Shown: positions 48,600-61,609 of the stretch, piece by piece
Layout: every line of letters begins with the position of its first letter
How positions within the stretch are numbered: the first letter of the stretch is position 1
Origin: Amphiscolops sp. MND2022
Taxonomy: Eukaryota
Direction: 5' to 3'
Length of the DNA: 64,000 bases
Assembly: GCA_964187785.1 (NCBI GenBank)
Contig: OZ076409.1
Location: 17,176,001 to 17,240,000, forward strand
Notes under the pieces: generated by a model
Told to the model about the DNA's origin: nothing
Seen by the model: only the letters and a program-made list of their open reading frames with translations
Database searches by the model: none
Program-made: the position numbers and the translations under genes

Positions 48600-49002
48600 T
48601 TTTTAGGAGTCCTTGAGAAATGACCAAAATAGTTCTACCAAAAGTTCTACAAAATTTGAAATTGTACCTGTTGGCCCAGGGAACTGAACCAAAAAGGTTT
48701 CTCTTTTTCCGCGTAACATACAATTCCGGGCGAGACTTAAGGGTCCCCCTTTCAAGTTTTCTTCGGCATTGAGACTATTTTTTTGAAAAAAAATCGAGAG
48801 GGTCCCCCTTCAGTTTTTTTGGAGTTTTGCGACAGAATGGATGTTGAAAATCCCAAAGGGTCCCACTTTCATTTTTCGGCATTGTGAGACTTTTTAAAAA
48901 AAATTTCGGGTTCCGTCGAAGAGAATACTTTGACACCTTGAATTCCTTTTGCTATTTTTGAGCCTTAGATATGGCGCCGACTTGGGCCGGTCCCGGCTTA
49001 TT
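48600..49002 (+). mobile_element. Helentron/HINE-like element (close relative of the 45094 copy)
   Basis: Shares GAACTGAACCAAAAAGG..CCGCGTAACATACAA and the terminus GAGCCTTAGATATGGCGCCGACTTGGGCCGGTCCCGGCTT. Confidence 0.7.
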
Positions 49003-49216
49003 ATTCAAGTTCCGAGTGTTTTCGTTGGCTCACTTACGTTCGTTAGCTACGCTTGTTCCGAAAAATGTTGCTGTCAAAATTATTTTGCTTTAAAAATATC
49101 TCAGGGAACACGGGAGTCTCATTAGTAATTTGTATGGGCATGTTGTAGTCGCCGGAAAAAAATATTAAAATTATCAACTGTACTTGTTTTTTTTTTCAAA
49201 TTAACTTCGGCATGTA

Positions 49217-49899
49217 CAGTGGTGTGAAGAAAAAATGCGACTTAGCTGCTCAAAAAGGCTAATTTTGCAGTCTCATATCTCGAAAACTATTCAAAATGGT
49301 TCAATTTGGTAAAAACAAAAGTTTCTTTAATTTTTGCTATGAATACAATAGTTTTTGTTTGAAATTTCAACCATCATTGTTTCCGAAGTTAGAAACATGT
49401 GATTTTGGGAGGAAAATATTTAAAATATCTAATTTTTGAGAAAATATCAGTGATCCAATAAATATTTTTAAATAAATTTTGCCTTGCAGATACACTCAAA
49501 TCTCCCGAAAACGAAGATGAAATTTGATTTTGGATATATTTTGAAAATGTATGTTGGTGGGAGTTTTACCAAGTTTAAGTCTGAAATTCCTATCTTAATA
49601 CATGAATTATTTCATTCAAATTTTACTGAACGAAAAAGTGCTCCCATTTTTGTTTTCTTGGTGATTTCCACAAACAAAAACTATCATGGGATTGAGAAAA
49701 ATCAGAGAAATTTTTTGGTATAATTTTCATGTAAAAATCATCACCAAAAGACGATAAAATATTGAAAAAACTGATTTTTGCGAGTGATCGAGGCTTGTTA
49801 AACCAATAAGATTTGAGCAGCGAGGCTTTGTGAACCAATCAGATTAGAGAATTCTTTGCATTCTGAGCAACTAAGTCGCATTCTTTCTTCACACCACTG
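49217..49899. mobile_element. Tc1/mariner-type MITE (~683 bp)
   Basis: TA-CAGTGGTGTGAAGAAAAAATGCGACTTAGCTGCTCA ... TGAGCAACTAAGTCGCATTCTTTCTTCACACCACTG-TA; ~36-bp TIR with 2 mismatches, TA TSD, non-coding interior. Confidence 0.88.
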
Positions 49900-50576
49900 T
49901 ATGTAGATCTCAAGATTCAATTGTTCAATCTTTCGAGACGTTTTTGAGAGCGGTTCCCAAAATTGCTGCCATTTTTACGTTCATTTCATTTATTGTTCTC
50001 CCAATGATGAAAACCCTGCAGTTAGTTTACAGTACGAAGTTTTCTGACATTACGTGTTGGACTTGATACATCCAAATCGCTGAAAACATCTAGTACTTTT
50101 TTGTGCACATTATTACATTGTTACTGAGACTCTTAATGAGAGAAATCAATGAATTGATAAATCTATTTTCCCCACTGCATCGGATTGCCGATAGGGTTTT
50201 GAAGTTTTTCTTCAAATTATGCAATATTTGATCTCAAGCATGCTTTACTATGATGACTCAGTTTATTTTTACAAAGTTGAAATTGTTTTTTATTTGAAAT
50301 CCGTTTTGAGTTTCTTAGGACGTTGAGGAAAATCTTGAATTTTTGGATGTTAACTTTTTTAAATCAATTGCCTCTTATATGAATCACTAATCAAATCGCT
50401 GGAAAATTCTCGCGTGGGCGTTTATTCGCTATACCGCAGCGTAGCGGTGTCAAAAACTGATTGTTGCGCACAAATAATATAATTGAAGAGATGGCACCTA
50501 ATACTGATTGTTTGTAATCCTGAATTTTGTTTTGTTCGAAATTGCGTTTCTGTCGCTGATATCGGAATGTTTCAGG

Positions 50577-50930
50577 ATGGGTGATAAATCATCAATAGAT
50601 TCCTCAAACCTAGAGTCAGCCATTCAAAACTTGTCAATTGCCCAAAACAAGGAAGCTACCAACCTAAGCAAGCAACTGATCAATACAAGCACCAATAACA
50701 CCAACGGAGAGAAGTCAATCATCACTCCGGAAATCCTCAACTCAGTGAAAACGGTGATGAGACACCAGTTGCTCAATCAGATGAAGGGCAAAGTCAACAT
50801 AAATGAGTCGAAACGTTATTTAGAGGCCTATTTTGAAGACAATGTGTCAAATGTGAAGTACAAAGACGACCTTTTCAAATTCAAACAAGGCTTTGTTGAC
50901 TACGTGAAAAACCGCTTCCTGAAACAATAG
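50577..50930 (+). CDS. Orphan 117-aa coding exon (alternative ATRX last exon or a small independent gene)
   Basis: TTTCAG acceptor at 50575 immediately before G-ATG; open frame with coding-like composition amid AT-rich DNA; no recognisable domain. Confidence 0.55.
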   Translation: MGDKSSIDSSNLESAIQNLSIAQNKEATNLSKQLINTSTNNTNGEKSIITPEILNSVKTVMRHQLLNQMKGKVNINESKRYLEAYFEDNVSNVKYKDDLFKFKQGFVDYVKNRFLKQ

Positions 50931-51200
50931 TTCGTTCATATCAACTTATGCTACTCTATTACTTATAATAGTGCTGAAAAATTAGACTTTAGTTGAAATT
51001 TCGTGTCATTTGTAACATTATCATCAAATTTCTCGCCGTAAATGTATTCAGTGTGAAATTTGATAATTTGTCTTGGGGTTCTCAACTGGAGAAATAACAG
51101 ATTTAGTCAATTTATATACTTTTCCCACGCTGACATGAAGAAAGATTTTGTAGCAAACCTGTATTTTTTGTTCTCTAAAAATTCTAATTTCATGCCGTTA

Positions 51201-51751
51201 TTAGTCGGCGCCTTTTCCCTTAAGGAAAAAAGCCCGACTCTTACAGTGAGTAGTTTTTTTTTTTTTTTTGTTTTTTTCAGTTGACAATCTCACTCTGAGT
51301 GGTCCACTTTTCTTACAATCTTTGTTCACATTTGTTCACATTTGTTCAACTAACTTTCTGAGAAGCAGGGGATCGTGGGTTCGATTCTCGCACTAAACCA
51401 CAAATTTTTTATGCTTCCAAAAGTAGATGCGAGACCAAAGCTTTGTTTCGTTTCGTTTGATTTTTTTCGTTTTTTTCGGCACTATGCGACTTTTTTTTTC
51501 GAAAATTTTCGGAATCTATCAATTGCATTTTTTTTTGAAGTTTTCGGTTTGTAAAAACGTTTAATGAGCCTGAATGGCCTCTTTTTGAGTTTTTCGGCAT
51601 TGTGCGACTTTCTAAAAAAATACTTTTTTTCGAAAAAAAAATTTCAAATTTTTTTTGAAAAAAATAATTTTTCCAAATGTTTCCAATAGTTGTTCCTTGA
51701 ATATTTTTGAGCCTAAGATATGGCGCCGACTTGGGACGTTCCCGTCTTGTT
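51201..51751 (+). mobile_element. Complete Helentron/HINE-like element with B-box cassette
   Basis: TTAGTCGGCGC-CTTTTCCCTTAAGGAAAAAA-GCCCGACT ... GGCGCCGACT-TGG-GACGttccCGTC-TTGTT; GGTTCGATTCT at ~51378. Confidence 0.78.
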
Positions 51752-51849
51752 AACTTTTACTATTTCTACAAGGTTTTGATGACAAATATGGATAGCTGCA
51801 ATTTTCAAATTCAAGAAGGTGCTTCCATGAATTCTACTTTAAAAACAAT

Positions 51850-52419
51850 GGGTAGTTTACGATGGGCAGTTTTTCAGCCTACAATCTCACTCTGAATGGT
51901 CCACTTTTCTTACAATTCTTACAATCTTACAATTTTTACAATTCTTACTTAGCTTACGAAGTAGTATTCCACCCTTCAATTTTTCGATATTTTCCGACCG
52001 AATGGATGTTGAAAAATCCCAAAGGGTCCCCCTTTCAGTTTTTTTGGCCTTGTGAGACTTTTTTTTCAATTTTATTTTCCTAAAATGGTCCCCAATTCAC
52101 CAATACTTTGACATTTTGAAGTCCTTTTGTTATTTTTGAGCTTTAGATATGGCGCCGACTTGGACCGTTTCCGGCTTGTTCACCATTTTGAAATCAGCGC
52201 TATATGAAATACAGGCTGGTAATTGAGTGGCTTTTTGTCATGGTTAAACTCGACGTAAGTGGCCAAATTTAAGTTCCTAATAAAATTTGAGGCACCAGAG
52301 ATGAGAGATCCACTGAAAAGGTCGCGGGTTCGATCCTTGGTAAATGCCAACCTTTTTGTCCTTTTTTGAATTTTTCAACTTTGAGCGGGGCCGCTGTCTT
52401 TGGCAGTTCCGGGCTTGTT
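51850..52419 (+). mobile_element. Two partial HINE-like copies upstream of RAD50
   Basis: Termini GGCGCCGACTTGGACCGTTTCCGGCTTGTT (52180) and ..CCGGGCTTGTT (52419); B-box GGTTCGATCCT at ~52327. Confidence 0.6.
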
Positions 52420-52493
52420 GAACTTTGTTTTCTATAAAAGGTTTTTCTCTATTAACTTGACGTTACATTTCAGGTGGCTGATGTGTGCTAATT

Positions 52494-55400
52494 ATGTCTT
52501 ATTTCGATAAATTGCTCATTCAGGGCATAAGGTCTTTTGGACCAGGAGAGAATGAACGGCAACAGGTGAGGTTTGACTCGCCTCTGACAATCATCGTTGG
52601 TCGGAATGGATGTGGGAAAACAACAATTATAGAAAGTCTCAGATATGTCACTTGTGGCGAGTTTCCACCTGGCTGTAAAGGTGGCTCCCAGTTCGTACAC
52701 GACCCAAAAATTGCCAATGAGACGGAAACAAAGGCTCAGATCCGGCTGAAGTTCAATGATTTAGCCAGCAAATCAGTATCGGTATGTGAAACACGAACTA
52801 CATAGCTTTGTCCAGTGAACTTTCTCTTATGTGTACTTTTGCTTGAAATAAGGACTGTGTCCTTATTTTGGGAACAAAAGTTGAGATGCAAAAACAGTTT
52901 TTCAATTATTCGAAAAGGGTTTTGTTAATATCCTTTGATATATCCCCACTTTTTTTATTCCGGCGCGTGCTGAATTATCAGTAGGACAGGAGAATCAATC
53001 TTTCCTCCCTCCAAATGGTTCTGTCCTTGCTAGGCGAAATGTATTTCAGAACCAAAAGCGTCGAGCTTTCGAAGAAGTGAATGCAAAAGTTCATTTTGTT
53101 TTTAGCTTTTCCAGTGTGGAGGAATATTGTCTTATATTCTATTAATGAAGCTTGAATTCAGATTTGGATTTTTTCAGTTGAATTTTTTCAGTCTGCATTT
53201 TGGAGAAATTCAGTTTACATTTGCAAACTTAACTAAAGATTTTATGCCAAAAAGTATGGAGAAATGATACGTTTCAACTTTTTGAGGAATCTTGCTATCA
53301 CAGAATTGTTTCTGAGCTCTGAAATGTATATGACACAGCAGCTGTTCAAAATTCAACGATGGGGCATCACAAAGCGTTTCATTAATTTTTTAACCGTTTT
53401 GGCGGGCTATCTCTCACAGTCCGTTAAATAATTCGACCCTCTCTGAAACTGAGCCGTGCAGAGTTTTCGTCTCTTGTACTTCTGTCGCTTTCAAACTTTC
53501 GAATATGCTTTTCAAGTTCTTGACAGGGTTTTCATTTCTACCAACTCAAAGACATGAGGTTTATAGCAAACGTTGTTTAGATAACGAGAAGCATGCAGGT
53601 AGTGCAAAAAGCGAAAAAGCAGGAGTTCAAAACCGTAGAAGGTGTCATCAGTCAGTTGGACGGTACTGGAAAAGCGATCACTTCTGTAAGCAGCAAATGC
53701 GCTGATGTGGATAAGGAAATGGCCATTTTACTTGGAGTGAGCAAAGCCGTCTTGAATAATGTCATTTTTTGTCATCAGGAGGAGTCCAATTGGCCTTTAG
53801 ATGACCCTAGACAAGTGAAGGGCAGGTTCGATGAAATATTCGCTGCTTCTCGGTACATCAAGGCCATTGATGAGTTCAAAAAGGTGAAGAAACATAGAAA
53901 TGCTTTAGCAAAACAATGCCAACTTGAATCCGGATATCTCAAAGTGAATAAAGATAAATTTGAAGAGCTGACTGGTTTGTGTACGAAAAACGAAACCAAA
54001 CTGCAGGATGTGAAAAACCGAATTGACCTCGTTGCAGACGAGCAAAAAGTGAACGACAAAAAATTGGAGGAAATGAAAAAGAAAATGCAAGATGTGAATG
54101 AGATCATTTCACGCAAAGATTCTGCTTCTATTTCGTGTGAAGAGAAAAAGTACCAAATAAAAAATTTAACCAATAATTTGAAGTCCGCCAAAAGTTTGTT
54201 CACGGGTTCGGATGAAGATTTGGAAGAAATTATGGAGAAACATGATAATGTTAACGAAAGTAGGAAAGAGAAAGAACGTGAGCTGGCAAACAAAATTCAG
54301 GAGACAACCAGGAGAATTGATACCTTGACACGAAAGGTGGATGAACATAAAACTGCTGTGAGTGAAATTCGGACAAAATTAGCTCTTCATCAGGAAGACA
54401 AAAAGACTTTGCGTGTCTTAATGACCTCTCTAGCGGATCAACTGGACATTGCTTCAAAAATAACCATACCTTCGAATGAGAGCTCAGTTGATGATTTTAG
54501 TCAACATGTTTCAAATGAAATTGAGACCTTGAATACCAAGAAATCCAAAGAAATGAAAAACTTTCAACTGAAAGAGGAAAGAGCCCAAAAAGAAATAGAC
54601 AAAATTTTGCTGGAATTGAATCGTGTGCAAGATGCTATCAAACGCGACAGTGTTGAAATTACCAACATGGACCGGCAAGTAACAGAAAATGCACATCTTT
54701 TAGAAGAAATTGAGCAGTCGGGTAACAGAATGAAGCAACTTAAGACCCAAATCAGCAACATGAAAGCGAAGTTGCAACAACATGAGAAAACCTTCGACGA
54801 AACTGAGAGCAATGCTGAGCGGGCTGAGTTGAAAAGAAATATTCAAAAGCAAGAACTGGCTTTAGTGAAACTAGGAAATGAACTTACAACTTCTTCCAAA
54901 GCTAATGCCACCATGGAGACAGTGAGACACCTACGCAATACTATAGATGCTAGAAAGTCTGCGAATTCCAGAATTCTTTCTAGGCGAACTGGTGATCTGG
55001 TTCATGTTTTGGGCGAGATGCCGAAAAAAAATCTGAAGGCAACTGCTGGAAAAGTATTGACTGACAAGACACTTGAATTCAACGAAATGTCAAAAATACT
55101 AAACGCAAAAAATGTTGAATTGAAAGGATTTGAATTCAAACGCAAGAGTTTCGCTGACAGCTTGCGAGAGAAAGAAGCTGATAAAACTAGAATAGAAATG
55201 AAGATTGATTGTTCAGTGTCAAGCTATGACAACGAAATTGAGAAAATTTCATCAAGCATTAAAGAACTGCAAGACAAAATTGGATGTTTAAAAGGAAGTT
55301 CCACTTTGTACACACAATATTGTGCGAAGTTGCAAGAACCGGATCCTACATGTCCCGTATGTTTCCGGGGCTTCGAGGGCAAGAAATGTTCTTCAGGTAA

Positions 55401-58400
55401 CCCACAGGAAGCAATCGATAGGTTGATGGAACTCAAAAACCGCATTCCTAGCTCCGTAAAATCTGAAGAGATGAAACTGCAGTCGAGAGAGGAGAAATTG
55501 AAAAAGATGTATGATAGTAGGCACTTGTACATGCAGCATGAAAGTCTGTGTAAAGATATTCCACAATTGAAGGCAGATGTTGATAAATGTGGAAAAGAAG
55601 AAGCGAAGCTAAATGAAGAGGTTGAAGATATTCAACTGCAGATAGATTTGTTTCAAAGTGACATTTCAATCCTGAATGAATCAATGACTGATTTGGCTGA
55701 ATATGATCGCAATGACAAAGACATTTTGGAGTTTACAGGCAATTTAGCTGCAGAGGAAGAAAAACTTGCTGCTTATGGAAATTTCCGTTCTTTGGAGGAT
55801 GTAAACTTGGAGAAAACCAAAATAGAAAAAGATTTGAACGGGTTGAAAACTTCTCTGGAGAAGCTGAATGAGCAGGTTGACATCTATCAGAAAACAAAAT
55901 CGAAACAGCAGGAAGAAATTTTGACATTGGAGCGAAATTTGGTGGATCTTTCTTCGAAGAATCAGCGCGCTGATCAAATATCGGAGAAGATGAAAGAACT
56001 GTCTGATAAGAAAAAGCAGCTTTCAACTTCTGTAGAATTGAATCAAACAAAAATAGGACCTCTTGAAAAACAAGCGGATACAGCTAAACTTCAGAAGGTA
56101 ACTTTTTCACTCTTCGATCTTCGTATTCTGCCAAGAAATTTTTGTACCTGCATTTTTGTGCCAAGTTTCTCCTATTGTAAGGCTTGCGTCATAGTTTGTG
56201 CTTCTGTACCAAATTACGTTTTGAACACTGGGAGGCCTTATATTCTAGAGTGAATTACACATTTCCCAATTGAGAAAATTCATAGTTTCATCTGTTTTTA
56301 GGATCTTTTCTGTTGAAACATACTCTTTATTATTAAACATTATCATATAAAAGCCAGTAGATTTCAATGAAGCAAAAGTAAAATATGCATTTTATTCGGA
56401 CATATCTGATGTTTCCCAATAAAAATTGAGGGTTGTCAGGATGAACACGCTGAATGAAACATACGTGTTTTAAAGCTCAATTTATGATCATTTTTGTTTG
56501 TTACAAAAAATTAATTGTAATGTAAATGATGTACTATTTCAGGCTAGTATAGTTAAGGACCGAGAGAACAAATTGAATGAGATTTCTGGCTTACATTCAA
56601 AAGTGGTTGCCTCATTTGGTCAATTCGAAGCTCTTAAGAATAAAATCAAAGACTTCCAAAACAGCGACAAGTCAGTTAAGCTTGAGAGGTTTGAGAATGC
56701 AATGTCGGATGCAGAAACTGAACTGAAGACCTGCCGAAACTCTCTGACAGCGTTTCAAAATGAACTTTCAACTGTGAAGGAAGAACTAGCCAGTGAAGCT
56801 ATCCAGAAGAGAGTTTACGAAGACAACTTGAACTTGAGACTCCTAATGCAAGAACATGATAAACTCGACAAACTTGTTTCGGAATTGGAAGCAAAAATTG
56901 CGAGCTCACAGGGACCCAAGTTCAAAGCAGAATACCAGTCCATGATAGAAATGCAGGATAAACTCAACAGGGAATACTACCAAGCTACAGGGCAACGGGA
57001 TGAGTTAATCAGCTCAATCAAAGACCTGAAAAAACAGTTGGATGACCCTACATACAAAGACGCACAGGATAAATGGGTGAAAATGGTCACAGAGTGGAAG
57101 ACTAATAAATTGGCTTCTGTTGATATTGGTTAGTTATAATTTTATTATAGCGTCCCAATAAGACCTAAATATTTAGTAGATTTAAGAAGATTGAAATAGC
57201 AGACACATGTCTAGCAAAGATATCGGGCGTCGAAAGCTTGTTTTAAGTTTACGATTGTTTCTTTTTACTGACAATGTTTAATGTGGATAATTCGTTTTGA
57301 AATATTGAATGCACAAATTACAAATGCTGAAATGCTTGTTGAAATGCTTGAAAGACCCCCAAAGTTCGCTTTTTGAAATATGAGAAATTGAATTTTGATT
57401 GAATGATTCTAAAAATTTTTGTCACAGTCATGAATTTGTTACAGTGTTGCTGTTAATCTTACCGAAGTCATGGCGTTTCCACGCTCGTTTTTAACTTGAT
57501 AAGGTTTCGTAGATTTTGATTTTGTGTAGATAAATTCACCAAAGCCCTCGACAGTGCCTTGATGCGATTCCACGGAATGAAGATGCGCGAGATAAATGAC
57601 ATCCTTTCGCAACTGTGGAGAGACGTGTATACTGGCACTGACATCGACACCATTGAGATTCGCACAGAGGAGGGAGAAAACAGCACGGCCACCCGAATGA
57701 CTTACAACTACCGGGTAGTCATGGTCAAGGTTGGTGAGGTGTAGAGTTGACCCGGTATCCAGCTATTTGGTATCCGGTTGGGAAAAAGTGTCCGGATATT
57801 TTACTTAAAGTGGTTCAGAGTTGATTTGAACGTTTTTATTATTTCTGCGATAGCAGGAATATTATTGAAACCTCAAGATGTCTACTTTTTTTCAGTAAAA
57901 TTCGTGGCATTATACTGAGTAATTCAGATATTTTGTTCGGCAGTGACTATAATCGTGAGAATTAAATTTCTCAAGCTATCGACGACATTTCAATTCTCGT
58001 GCGATGGAACGAGCGAGTGGTAATTATGCATTCGTACGCTGATGTCATTGTGATGAAGCGAGCGAATGTTCGTAATTATGCTTTCGTACGTTAAGGAGGT
58101 ATTGAGATGAAGCGAATAAGTGTTACTTATTCGTCCGCCGAGAGGTGTTAAATCGCTCGAAAGGTTTACAAAAAAATATATAAAAATTTCAAAACCAGAC
58201 GATTTTGGATTGTTTGATAAATTGAGTCGTTCTAACTTCTTACATACAAATCGTGAACTTCTTTTTGAAACATTCTGCATGCCTATTTAGAAAGTTTAGA
58301 GTTTTCGAATTTCACGAAATTTTGGTAACTTTCATTAAAAATTCACTAAATTGTCAAACAACTGCCAAAATTTGATTTTTTTCCCGACTATTTTGGGGTC

Positions 58401-60551
58401 ATTTCGAGGCACTTTTCTAACGTGAAACTGCAATTGACCTCAAAAAGCCTACTCGATAACGAATTCGTTCGCTGTTGAACGTTTTCATTCACCAACGATA
58501 ATGTCGAAAAATCCAGAAACTTTGCATAAGAAAAATTGAATTTGGATTTTTTCATTCCCAATTCATCAGGGTCATTTTTGAAGTGTTTTTGAAGCAAAAC
58601 ACTGTAACTCTCCTTCAAAGTAGTATACTACATAGCCGGTTTGTTCGTTTTTGAATGTTTTGAACCTTCTAACTCACAAATTGTTCGAAAAATGTTCACA
58701 AATACTATGAAAAGCAACATAAAGAGGAAATTTTTGGACACTTTTGACAAATTAGAGTTGGTGTCAAATTAGAGCATTTTTTGAATGGTAAAACTTTATC
58801 CCTTCAAAATGCCTATTTGGCATTGAATTCAGTTGTTGTTGAACGGTTTCAGAGTTCTGATCTACGAAAACGCTGACAATTTCACAAAAATGTGGCTAGA
58901 AAATGGAAAATTGTTTTAAAAAAATCAATTTTTGACAGTTTTGGTGTCTTTGTGGCAATTTTTTCGTACAAGTTTCCATTTTACTCCTCCAAGAACCCTA
59001 ATGGACAACCAGTTCATTCGTTGTAGAACGTTATCAACGTTCTGATCCAAGGAATATTTCAAAATACTTGACTGAAGTTGCATCGAAAAATCGGTAAGTT
59101 TTAGAATTTGTCATGTTCGGTCGCAATTTGAGCCTTTTGTTCATTAGAAAACGACGTTTATTTCTTCACACAATCTTCCCGGACAACAAATTCTTTCCTT
59201 GTTAAGCGTTTTCATCATTGTAAACTACCAAGTTTAACGTAAGTTTCACAAAAACTGCAGGAAAACATTTAAAGTCTGAAATTTTTGGATTTTTTTCAAT
59301 TTTAGTTTGAATTTGAGGCGTTTTTTTCATCGAAAAATTGTATTAATTTCTTCGAAAAAGCCTCTTGGAGAACGAATTCTTTTCTTTTTTGAACGTTTTC
59401 AACCTTCTAAGCCATCAAATCTACCGAAAATTTGAAAATCAACGCGTATTGCTAAAAATCGGAAATACAGTTGGGGCTTTTATAACGACCCTTAGGGGCA
59501 GCTGATTTCAATGTCGGTATTAAAACCGTCGTTATATAGATTGTCGTTACAAGCGTGTTATTTGACAGAGGAAATTTGAAAATGGTCGTTATAAAGCACT
59601 CCGTTATAAACGCCCCTACTGTATTTGCCGTTTTTGTCATTTTTGGGGTCAACCAACCATATCGCATGATAATTTTACCTTAGTTGAATTCTTTGGGTGA
59701 AACCCTTCAACTTGGATATAAATTTGGTGCTTGGCAAATTTTGTAAAAAAAAACCGTTTGATTTAAATATTTTCTTTTTCCATAAGAAAGGAAGGGGCTA
59801 CCCCTCGAGGAAGGGGCAATTCCTCATTAACACCCAAATTGATCGAAAACTTTACTGAGGTACCTTTTCCGGACGGGATCCTTGGCAGATGTCTCCCTCT
59901 TTATTTTTATTTGATCTTATGGATTTTACCGCGTTTCATTGATGTATGTATTTCCATAACCTTACTAAACATAATACTGTTGGTTTTAATTATCGGTTTA
60001 GTAATTTTCCATATAAAATATGGACGGAAGATAAGACCGCTTACCCTTTATGTTGCAGGATTATTGCGAATATCCAGCACGATGAGGTTCGTGCTTCAGA
60101 AACAGATTGTCATCAAGCACATGTTTAATGCACAGAGGGTGGTTAAGTATGTTTTGCAAAAACGTTGAAGCCCTTTTTTTTCTTTCAGCAAGGTGTCGAG
60201 TTGGACATGAGAGGACGGTGCAGTGCTGGACAGAAGGTTTTGGCGTCTCTACTAATTCGTCTAGCCCTCGCTGAAACATTCTGCCTGCAATGTGGAGTGT
60301 TCTCTTTAGATGAACCTACCACCAATTTAGACCGGGAAAATATCAATAGTTTAGCGGAAGCACTTGTAAATCTGATTCGAAAACGTCACAAAAACTCGCA
60401 GTTTGTAATAATTACCCATGACATGGAGTTTGTTGAACTTTTGGGCCATGCGGAGTTAGTTGAGTACTACCATGAAGTGACACGAAATGACGTCACCGGC
60501 TTGTCTGTCATTACTCGCAGGAACATTCGTGAGATGGAATCCAATAACTGA
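52494..60551 (+). CDS. RAD50: DNA repair protein RAD50. Exons 52494-52781, 53581-56097, 56543-57128, 57530-57729, 60189-60551
   Basis: QGIRSF, Walker [22 protein letters not shown]-loop [13 protein letters not shown], long coiled coils with zinc hook CPVC, signature [14 protein letters not shown], Walker B/D-loop [10 protein letters not shown]-loop IITHD. All intron phases are consistent. Confidence 0.96.
58300..59450. repeat. Degenerate ~178-bp tandem array in RAD50 intron 4
   Basis: Recurrent TT(G)GGGTCA(A)TTTGAGGC-like anchor at ~58391, 58566, 58758, 58940, 59115, 59303, with AAAAGCCT..GTTGAACGTTT segments. Confidence 0.6.
59468..59621. mobile_element. Pogo/Tigger-type MITE (~154 bp)
   Basis: TA-CAGTTGGGGCTTTTATAACG ... 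CGTTATAAACGCCCCTACTG-TA; internal GTCGTTATA subrepeats. Confidence 0.82.
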
Positions 60552-61609
60552 TGAACCTTGAACTTTAATTTGTTTTCGTTAATGCCTTTTGAAAAATGTT
60601 TGTATGCTGAGTTTGAAGTTTTTGCTGGCTGTGCCAGAGTTTTGTACTTGAATTTGCAATAATTAGAATGAAAGAAGCATTAATTCGACTACAATTTTTA
60701 GTATTTTTACGACGGTATTATCGTTTGACTTGGAGCTCCATTTTTGATCACATGGAGCATAGTATGTCCCGAATAGTCGAGTTACATGTTTTTTTCTGAT
60801 GTCAGGGTTTCTCGTTTGAATTTTTAACTGTGCCCTTAGCGGAAAGAGGAAAGCCAAATCATGCATTTTTTCTTCGGTTTTTACTTTCCAGAATAATTCC
60901 TTGGAAGGTCTTTTTGAACGTTATTTCCTCCAACCTTTTGAGAATTGCTCGACTACTGAGGTTTTAATCGGCGTTTTATGCAATGACGGGCGACTATAGT
61001 CAGAATTTTAATTGGCACTATATCAAATATAGACAGGCTTTTATTGTGCGTTTTTAGACTTCAGTGAGGCGCCCATTTGAGATGTACCTGTCTTGTTGAT
61101 AAATTCAGTCAAGAAAATGTTTTTTTTGTGTTCAAAGGGTTCTCCCTTCGGTAATTTTTTGGTTCCTGCTCCTGGGCGTTTTAAAAAATTTCGAGCTTTA
61201 AGCGGGGCGTGTCGAAATGACCAGATTAATGAAGGTCAATTTATATCACTGGACAAGAATTTCCTGTGTTCGTTAAGTGTTGAGATGCTAAAGTTGGAAC
61301 CACTAGGTTCCAGTATCGAATCCTGCTAGGGGCGGAATTCCAGAGTTTACCCAACTTTTGACTGGGGAGACTGCGGACTGATTGACTTCTTGGGGTTTTG
61401 AGCACTGACTTTTTTGAGAAAAACATGCCATGTTGTATGTAGCAGTGATATTTTGTTTCAAAATTCATCCAAAACATTACTTAGCAATTTAGAGGTACTA
61501 GTCGCTTTTTGAGAATGGAGTGTGTATTGACTTGGGCCGTTCCGTTTGTTCGGTACAATATTGGAATGCTCTCATGATTGAAATCATTATTAGTGCTTCT
61601 TCAGATGTT

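Noticed and set aside
59839..60168. Hydrophobic 109-aa ORF inside RAD50 intron 4
   Set aside because: Non-ATG start; T-rich composition explains the hydrophobicity; no family motif.
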